64,000 nucleotides of DNA from a virus (Duplodnaviria > Heunggongvirae > Uroviricota > Caudoviricetes): the IMG/VR virus record IMGVR_UViG_3300012663_000706. The stretch is one strand, 5' to 3'. This document shows, piece by piece, positions 58,244-64,000 of the stretch (the stretch's first letter is position 1; every line of letters starts with the position of its first letter). The position numbers were made by a program, and so were the translations under genes. The notes below the pieces were generated by a model. That model did not search any database. It was not told the origin of the DNA and saw nothing but the letters and a program-made list of their open reading frames with translations.

Positions 58244-58474
58244 TTATCGATATAAAATTACATATTCGCCGAAATGTTTATCGAAGATGTTGATTAGGTT
58301 TTCGTAGTCTGAGAATGTCAGCTCTACTCTAAGTTTTGCTCTTTGCTCTTGCGACCAACCGAGCTGTTTAGCAAGGTTACTGGCCATTCCCATTAAATAG
58401 AATGCGTTGCCTTCTGGTCCGTTAAGATCGATTTCGATTGGACCTTTTTTCTTTTCGTTGATTGATTTTATCAT
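58244..58474 (-). CDS. hypothetical protein (76 aa)
   Basis: ORF. The 44-bp early-type repeat lies immediately upstream. Confidence 0.4.
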   Translation of the reverse strand: MIKSINEKKKGPIEIDLNGPEGNAFYLMGMASNLAKQLGWSQEQRAKLRVELTFSDYENLINIFDKHFGEYVILYR

Positions 58475-58486
58475 GTGCTAATTATT

Positions 58487-58530
58487 TATATGTAAATATA
58501 AACAATTTTCTTGACATAAAAAAATATTTA
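58487..58530. repeat. 44-bp repeat, second exact copy of the one at 27724..27767
   Basis: Identical 44-mer. Confidence 0.7.
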
Positions 58531-58818
58531 GTGAAGTAATTCAAAAAAACTTTTATCAATCTCTCCTACCATTTCGGTAATCAATTGAGTTTCTTTGGTT
58601 TTTATAAGGAAATGTAGTAGGGAGGCTATTAATACCAGATCTTTGTCGTCTGATTCTTTTCCTGAAAGAATAGATGCAAACATAAAATTATTTACTAAGG
58701 ATCGGCAAGTCATTAATTGACCAAGGCATTCACATGAATCAATTGATTTAATAATCTTTGATACTGCCGTGCTTGACCAGCTTTTATCTTTTCCTGCGTT
58801 TAGTAGTAAGAATTCCAT
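58528..58818 (-). CDS. hypothetical protein (96 aa)
   Basis: ORF only. Confidence 0.35.
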   Translation of the reverse strand: MEFLLLNAGKDKSWSSTAVSKIIKSIDSCECLGQLMTCRSLVNNFMFASILSGKESDDKDLVLIASLLHFLIKTKETQLITEMVGEIDKSFFELLH

Positions 58819-58845
58819 TTGATAGTGTTACTGTACTTATACAGA

Positions 58846-59310
58846 TTAATTGTCTAATGTTTTTAATTTCTCAAACATGAATTGCTCGAACGTTTTAACC
58901 GGCTTTTCAGCATTTTTAGCTTCTTTCTCGCGTTGTTTACGTCTTTTCTTTTGCTCTTCATATTCGTCTTCTGCCCAACCAGCTCCGGCTGGAACATCTC
59001 CAGAACCAACAGCTCCTTTTGCAAATGATGGGGGAAGTTTAATGTGTCCCATACCAGCTCCCGGCATCATTGTGCTTTGAGGACCTCCAGTATTTACAGC
59101 AAATCCCATTGATGCTTCTTTAACCTCTTCAGGTAAGCCTTCATGAGAAGTCTCTGCAAAATCTTTAAGTTGTTGTACTGTCATAGAGTTTATTAAGTCT
59201 TCCACCTTGTCGCGATATTCTTCTCCAACGTCAGAAAGTTGCATATACCCTTTTTTAACGGCGTATGCAACTCCCATAAGTCTTTGTTGTGTTTTGCTTG
59301 TAGCTGGCAT
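58846..59310 (-). CDS. hypothetical protein (154 aa)
   Basis: ORF. It has a Gly/Ala-rich middle region and a basic C-terminus. Confidence 0.4.
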   Translation of the reverse strand: MPATSKTQQRLMGVAYAVKKGYMQLSDVGEEYRDKVEDLINSMTVQQLKDFAETSHEGLPEEVKEASMGFAVNTGGPQSTMMPGAGMGHIKLPPSFAKGAVGSGDVPAGAGWAEDEYEEQKKRRKQREKEAKNAEKPVKTFEQFMFEKLKTLDN

Positions 59311-59318
59311 CTTATTAA

Positions 59319-59867
59319 TTATTTTGCGTCGATTGTTAAGAATACAGAACTTCTAATTTCAATATTGTTTCTACCAACTAGTTTATCGTAAGATCCTACA
59401 ACTTCGGTTTCTCTTCCAGTCATAAGAGCATCATTCATCATTCCATCTAGTTTTCTAGAGAATTTAGAACCATCAGCATCATCTGCAAAACCGATATTAA
59501 TTACGAAATCGCTAGGAATTCTAACTAATAATTCTGATTTTCCAGGTGCGTTGATACCTTCAACATCATCAACTACCCATAAAGTTTTACTTAGAGTAGC
59601 AGTGATATAAACAACTGCTTCTTTGTCCTTAACTTGCTTCATTACCTCTTGTTCGATAATTTTAGCTCCGTCTTTATCGGCCCATTTTGTCCAAACGTCA
59701 TTAAGTTCTTCTAGTGTTGCGTCAGAATCTCCTTCGTATTTAACTCGTTCTACCTCTTTCTTAAAGGCAAATGCTACTTTTCCTATAATACCTTTGGCTC
59801 CGTAGATTCCAGTTAACTGGTACGCCTTTTCATTTATAAATTGTTCGAATAATTGTACGTGTTTCAT
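59319..59867 (-). CDS. hypothetical protein (182 aa from the MKHV start; the track's GTG extension to 59921 is rejected)
   Basis: The ATG lies 7 nt downstream of the stop of the cysteine-rich micro-ORF. Confidence 0.4.
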   Translation of the reverse strand: MKHVQLFEQFINEKAYQLTGIYGAKGIIGKVAFAFKKEVERVKYEGDSDATLEELNDVWTKWADKDGAKIIEQEVMKQVKDKEAVVYITATLSKTLWVVDDVEGINAPGKSELLVRIPSDFVINIGFADDADGSKFSRKLDGMMNDALMTGRETEVVGSYDKLVGRNNIEIRSSVFLTIDAK

Positions 59868-59874
59868 GATTATT

Positions 59875-59949
59875 TTATTTTTTATTACAATCGCAGCACG
59901 CGCAATCACAAGATTGTCCACAATTACATATAGTGCAGTTACATTTCAT
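59875..59949 (-). CDS. cysteine-rich micro-protein, 24 aa (MKCNCTICNCGQSCDCACCDCNKK), metallothionein-like with CxC motifs
   Basis: ATG to TAA with 9 Cys among 24 codons, in CNC, CNC, CDC and CCDC arrangements. It sits 19 nt after the upstream gene stop and 7 nt before the next ATG. Confidence 0.5.
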   Translation of the reverse strand: MKCNCTICNCGQSCDCACCDCNKK

Positions 59950-59968
59950 ATTGGTTTGGTTTTATTTA

Positions 59969-61288
59969 CTACCAAGCGTAGTTTAAGTTGTCAACTTTCT
60001 TCAAGTAATCTTGAATATTTTTAGCGCGCTGTCTCATGCTACCTTCGTAGTAAGAACCACCGTAACCTGCTGCAACTTCTTTTTCTTGATTAACTGCATC
60101 TCCAACGTATCTAGAGTATTCGTCTAAGATATTTCTCATTAGGTTTGCAGCATCGTTCATTTTAACTTCTCTTCCTTTTGGATCTAGACCAACAATAAGT
60201 TCATCATATCTTCCTTTTAAGCCTTTAGCGATACCATCTTTGATTTGATCAGCGATAGTTTCGATTGCTTTTGATACAAGAGAATCTAATGGTAATTCAG
60301 CTGCTTTAGTAGCTAGAATATCATTATATCTTCTAATGTTTTCTGCTTTAAAATCTTTATCGCTTTGGAATGCAGTTGCTCCTCTTTTAGCATCAGATCT
60401 TTGTGACTGTAACTCGCTTGTAGAATATCTTGCTCTAAGAATATCTAAGTCTAAGCAATAAGCTCTATCAGCAAGTTCAACAACTTGTTTTAGACTTGAG
60501 ATTTTAGAACCATAACTTGAGTTTGCAGAAGATTTTGCAACTCCTGCTGAATCATCTCTTTTAGTTACTTTTAAAGTTCTAGCTCCGCGTCTTTGCCATT
60601 CAGCATTCATCCATTCGTTTTGACCATTAGTAATTGCTAATAGTGTATTTGCTAGGATTGTTCTAGTCGACCAATCGCTTGCAGAATATGGATTCTCTTT
60701 TTCATTTGTCGTGAAATAGAAATATACAGCATTAGCTCTTTTTTCTTTTTTAGCAGTTTCTGGATCCATTTCGATAATATCGACATCTTGGATTTTATCT
60801 AGTGCTAATTTTGACATTTGGTAAAATGCTTTTGGAAGATCCTTTGGCATTTTTTCAGCACCAACTAAAAGACCTGCAAGTTTTGAAGATGCAAATGCTT
60901 CATTTAATTTATTATTCTCGATAAATTCTGAGAATGATTCTACTAATCTATTCATTTCAAATGATTTTTTATTTTGAGTTTTATTTTCTTTCTTTAATTG
61001 AGAATAAATTTTTAATCCAGCTTTAGATAGAGTAATTCCATCTTCAGATAGGTTAAAATAATGGTTGTTTCTTTTTAACCATCTTTTCTGGTCTTCAGAA
61101 ACCTTTGTAAGAATCAAATTAAATTCTTCTTTGGTTAATTTACCATCTTTGATAGCTTCGATAACTTTATTCCTGGTAGTAGCATGAGTTGATGCTAATT
61201 TAGCAGGATGAAGTTCTGTATATTTTCTCTTTAGAGTAATTGCAGCTTCATTAAGATTCGATTCGTTAATAAATTCGTTAAAATCCAT
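59969..61288 (-). CDS. hypothetical protein (439 aa)
   Basis: ORF. A late-type CGATATATAGA motif lies about 25 nt upstream. Confidence 0.4.
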   Translation of the reverse strand: MDFNEFINESNLNEAAITLKRKYTELHPAKLASTHATTRNKVIEAIKDGKLTKEEFNLILTKVSEDQKRWLKRNNHYFNLSEDGITLSKAGLKIYSQLKKENKTQNKKSFEMNRLVESFSEFIENNKLNEAFASSKLAGLLVGAEKMPKDLPKAFYQMSKLALDKIQDVDIIEMDPETAKKEKRANAVYFYFTTNEKENPYSASDWSTRTILANTLLAITNGQNEWMNAEWQRRGARTLKVTKRDDSAGVAKSSANSSYGSKISSLKQVVELADRAYCLDLDILRARYSTSELQSQRSDAKRGATAFQSDKDFKAENIRRYNDILATKAAELPLDSLVSKAIETIADQIKDGIAKGLKGRYDELIVGLDPKGREVKMNDAANLMRNILDEYSRYVGDAVNQEKEVAAGYGGSYYEGSMRQRAKNIQDYLKKVDNLNYAW

Positions 61289-61321
61289 TGTTATATTCTT
61301 GTTTTTATAGTCTATATATCG

Positions 61322-62776
61322 TTATTTCATTTTAAAACCTAACTTACCATTACCTGGATTGGTAGATGATACATTCGGTGCTTCAAATGATAGTTTTGCA
61401 TTAGCGTCGCTAAATCCTTTTAAATAGAAATGGATAATATCCTTTTTAAGGTCTACGTCCATATATAATTGTTTAACGTCTAATTTACCAACGATTGTTC
61501 TTAGAGTACTGATATACATATCTCCAGCTCCAAGTTTACCGTTTAATGCGTCAATAAGTTCCAAACTTAATGAATAACTAAATAGACCAATATATTTTTT
61601 ACCTTTGTCTAACTTATCCCACTGCACCTTATCAAATTTAGCAACTCCTCTTCCAGAAGATTGAACTAATGGTACAACGTACGTGCTAAAGAACTCTTCT
61701 TTTCCAAGTTCATTCATTTTAGTTTGTATAAAACTTTCCAAAGATTTTTCATCTAGTGAAATGTTTCCAACTAAACCTTTTAATATAGCAACTGTTGGAG
61801 TATTAATAAATTCAGCTCCTTTAAGATAACCGTCAACTACTGAATTTGCTTCGACTATTTTAAATAAGTCGTATAATTGAACTTCTGCCGTTTCAGTAAA
61901 ATTTTCAGCTTTTAGATTCTTGATAATATTAGTAAGAGTTGGTGCAGCACCTGATTTATATTTTGAAGATATACCATATCCATCTATATAAAAGTCGACT
62001 AATGGATTATTTCCAGAAGGAAATGAAATTCCCTTTTCGGTTTTTACCATGTTTAATAATAATGCTGCTCCTAAAACTTCACCAAAGTCTTTACCAATCG
62101 TATTTAAATCTGCTGATCCAAGAGCATCGATTGCCTCTCTAACATTTTCATCATAACCGATAGTTTCTGCAAAAGCAGAAAGAGCTAAAGGATCGGTAAA
62201 GAAATTAGTCGGTTTGTGCATTGAAACCAAATCGTAAAGTTCAGTTAAGAAACTTTGCATGAAAAGATTAGAACTGTATTTACTAGTGATTGCGGCTTTA
62301 ACACTACTTGCTAATGATGAACTATTCATATCAACATCTTGTGGTAATTTAAGAGAAGTAGGTGTTAGTTCTTTAGATTTGATTGAACCCTTTGGAGGAT
62401 TATTATCAACGAATTTAATAACATCTCCTTTCGAAGCTTTTATTGAATCTACATCTTCTCCGAAAGTTACAATAAAAGTTGTGAATTTTCCGGAATTCGA
62501 ACCGTTTGAATATTCTCCAGGAGCGGCTGTTGTAATGTCGAAATTAGTTGCTCCTACTTTATTTAAAGCGTCTGATATTAATTTTAAAGCATTTTTAGAA
62601 TCTCCACCTAAATCAAATCTAAGATCTTTTCCTCCATTCTTTGTATTAATTCTACCGCTTCCTAATATTTTTTCCATAGCAGGAAGTACAGTACCTTCAA
62701 TTGTTCTTGCAGATTCATTTAATAAATCCATTGCTAATTGAAATCTTGCTCTAATATCTCCGTAAGTTTGTGCCAT
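61322..62776 (-). CDS. hypothetical protein (484 aa)
   Basis: ORF. Its start overlaps the stop of the NMNAT-like gene (TAATG). Confidence 0.4.
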   Translation of the reverse strand: MAQTYGDIRARFQLAMDLLNESARTIEGTVLPAMEKILGSGRINTKNGGKDLRFDLGGDSKNALKLISDALNKVGATNFDITTAAPGEYSNGSNSGKFTTFIVTFGEDVDSIKASKGDVIKFVDNNPPKGSIKSKELTPTSLKLPQDVDMNSSSLASSVKAAITSKYSSNLFMQSFLTELYDLVSMHKPTNFFTDPLALSAFAETIGYDENVREAIDALGSADLNTIGKDFGEVLGAALLLNMVKTEKGISFPSGNNPLVDFYIDGYGISSKYKSGAAPTLTNIIKNLKAENFTETAEVQLYDLFKIVEANSVVDGYLKGAEFINTPTVAILKGLVGNISLDEKSLESFIQTKMNELGKEEFFSTYVVPLVQSSGRGVAKFDKVQWDKLDKGKKYIGLFSYSLSLELIDALNGKLGAGDMYISTLRTIVGKLDVKQLYMDVDLKKDIIHFYLKGFSDANAKLSFEAPNVSSTNPGNGKLGFKMK

Positions 62777-63894
62777 TATATCTTATTTATAAATTGTTCG
62801 AAGGTTAGTATCTCTAAATCTTGATTTGTTTCATTAGATTCATTTGCTATAGAATAATCTAATTTATCCTTTAGTGTAAGAAACATTGAGTGCATTGAAT
62901 GTGGCGTCATTTTATTAAACTCCTTAGAGTTACCATCGATCAACGCCTGTCTTACCTTGGTTGCTGATATATCATCATCACCTCTTTGGATTTCGTACAA
63001 CCCGAATTCAGGGAGTACACCCAGATCTTCACGATATTTGTCATTGTTAACCATATATCCGTATGCCTTCATTCTATCAGTTCCGGTTCCCCAAAGTACT
63101 GGTTCGAAATTTGGTCTTAGCTCATTAAACATTACGTCAATGGCTGCAGATGGTACAACAATTACTTGCTTTAGGAATTTGTATTCAGATTGAACGTTGT
63201 TAAACATTTCAATTTGCGTTTCAACGTCGTAAGGACGTTTAACAGCATCTTCCTTTTTAGAAGTTTTTGATTTAACTAGGAATACAATAACTGGATAACC
63301 ATTTTGTTTGTTAAGAGTTTCTAAAACTTTAACATGTCCTAAGGTAAATGGTTGGAACCTTCCAACAAAAATATTAACCTTCTCTTTACCTTGCTCTGGA
63401 TAATCTATCTTAAGAGCTTCAGTAATTTTTTGGCTATTTGCTACTTTGTCGTGGACAATATAGTTTTTAAAATCATGAACATGATTTTCATCTGTAGATT
63501 CTACAAATATCTTTTGTTCGATTTTATCGATAATTTCATTAATTTGAGTAAACACAAGTCCTGTTATGATTGATGTTTCTTTAGTTCTTTTCTTTCTTAG
63601 GCTACCTAAGATGATTTTGTAAAGTTCTGCCAAAACTGGGTTTTCTAAATATTTAAGAGTTGTTTCATTCTTAATATAATTAGTGTTTAATTGGAATGAT
63701 TCAACCGTTGAAAAGTTAGCTGAATCGAATTTAGCTCCTACATATTTAAAAGCGTTTTGATTTAAATATTGGTTGTAGATTGCAGAAACTAGTTCAATGT
63801 ATCTTAATTCAGAATTTTCTTCGCTAAGTTCAATTTCATCGAAATTAAAACCATTTAAAAATTCTAATAAGTCTACAATAGTAATTTGGTACAT
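62776..63894 (-). CDS. two-domain protein with a C-terminal NMN/NaMN adenylyltransferase-like nucleotidyltransferase domain (372 aa)
   Basis: GRFQPFTLGH matches the archaeal NMNAT signature GRFQPFHKGH ((H/T)xGH class). The downstream ISATKVR resembles the NMNAT SGTEIRR motif. The N-terminal ~170 aa are unassigned. Confidence 0.55.
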   Translation of the reverse strand: MYQITIVDLLEFLNGFNFDEIELSEENSELRYIELVSAIYNQYLNQNAFKYVGAKFDSANFSTVESFQLNTNYIKNETTLKYLENPVLAELYKIILGSLRKKRTKETSIITGLVFTQINEIIDKIEQKIFVESTDENHVHDFKNYIVHDKVANSQKITEALKIDYPEQGKEKVNIFVGRFQPFTLGHVKVLETLNKQNGYPVIVFLVKSKTSKKEDAVKRPYDVETQIEMFNNVQSEYKFLKQVIVVPSAAIDVMFNELRPNFEPVLWGTGTDRMKAYGYMVNNDKYREDLGVLPEFGLYEIQRGDDDISATKVRQALIDGNSKEFNKMTPHSMHSMFLTLKDKLDYSIANESNETNQDLEILTFEQFINKI

Positions 63895-64000
63895 GTGACT
63901 TGATTCTCTTTCCTCTTTTGTTTCAACATCTCTATCAAACGCTTCTAATTTAAAGGTTTTGATTTTAGTGCTATCAACAAAAGAAACGATTAATCCGTCA

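Noticed and set aside
59868-59921. N-terminal extension (MDNLVIARAAIVIKNKII) of the track ORF 59319..59921
   Set aside because: It requires a GTG start and overlaps, in another frame, the far more striking Cys-rich 24-codon ORF. The ATG at 59867 with an A-rich leader is the better start.
62259-62741. 160-aa plus-strand ORF
   Set aside because: It lies wholly antisense within the 484-aa minus-strand gene and has no independent start context. It is most likely a byproduct of that gene's codon bias. The same applies to the antisense ORFs at 12624..13058, 21796..22185, 1811..2065 and 3989..4225.
1-64000. Prophage or integrative element, CRISPR array, rRNA
   Set aside because: There is no integrase, att-like repeat or host-type housekeeping gene. 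Gene content is head, tail and replication throughout, so this is a virulent phage genome segment.

Overview
This window reads as a 64-kb segment of a large, AT-rich, virulent T4-superfamily-like myovirus genome. No integrase, CRISPR array or rRNA was seen. Almost every gene is on the minus strand and the genes are tightly packed, often joined by ATGA/TAATG start-stop overlaps. Shine-Dalgarno sequences are essentially absent and the start codons sit in A-rich leaders, which fits a Bacteroidota-type host; this is an inference.

Gene order, described by coordinate from 1 to 64000 (transcription runs the opposite way, since the genes are on the minus strand):
- Three paralogous tail-fiber (receptor-binding) genes, then an SPFH/band-7 protein and a holin-like protein.
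- An accessory cluster: a GT-A-like protein, an AAA+ ATPase and a metallophosphoesterase.
- A lone plus-strand 42-aa basic protein with its own terminator, and tRNA-Ser(TGA).
- The tail module (tape measure, two overlapping chaperone-like ORFs, tube, sheath), then the large terminase.
- RNase H/FEN and the gp44-like clamp loader.
- The T4-type head module: gp23-like major capsid protein, a gp21-like protease fused to a scaffold, and a gp20-like portal.
- A gp55-like late sigma factor.
- Recombination and replication genes: gp46/47, DnaB-like helicase, UvsX.
- A family-B DNA polymerase split into two ORFs by a 3.6-kb nrdA-nrdB-clamp-like insertion.
- A MazG-like protein, a predicted cyclitol cassette (MIPS, HAD phosphatase, FkbM methyltransferase), a 24-aa peptide with nine cysteines, and an NMNAT-domain protein.

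Two recurring upstream motifs were found. An ATATATAA-type element, resembling the T4 late promoter, sits about 25-30 nt upstream of structural-gene starts. A 44-bp TTGACA-containing repeat sits upstream of several early or accessory genes. Several strong rho-independent terminators are also present.

Every functional call comes from reading motifs by eye. No database search was run, and all coordinates are accurate to within a few nucleotides.
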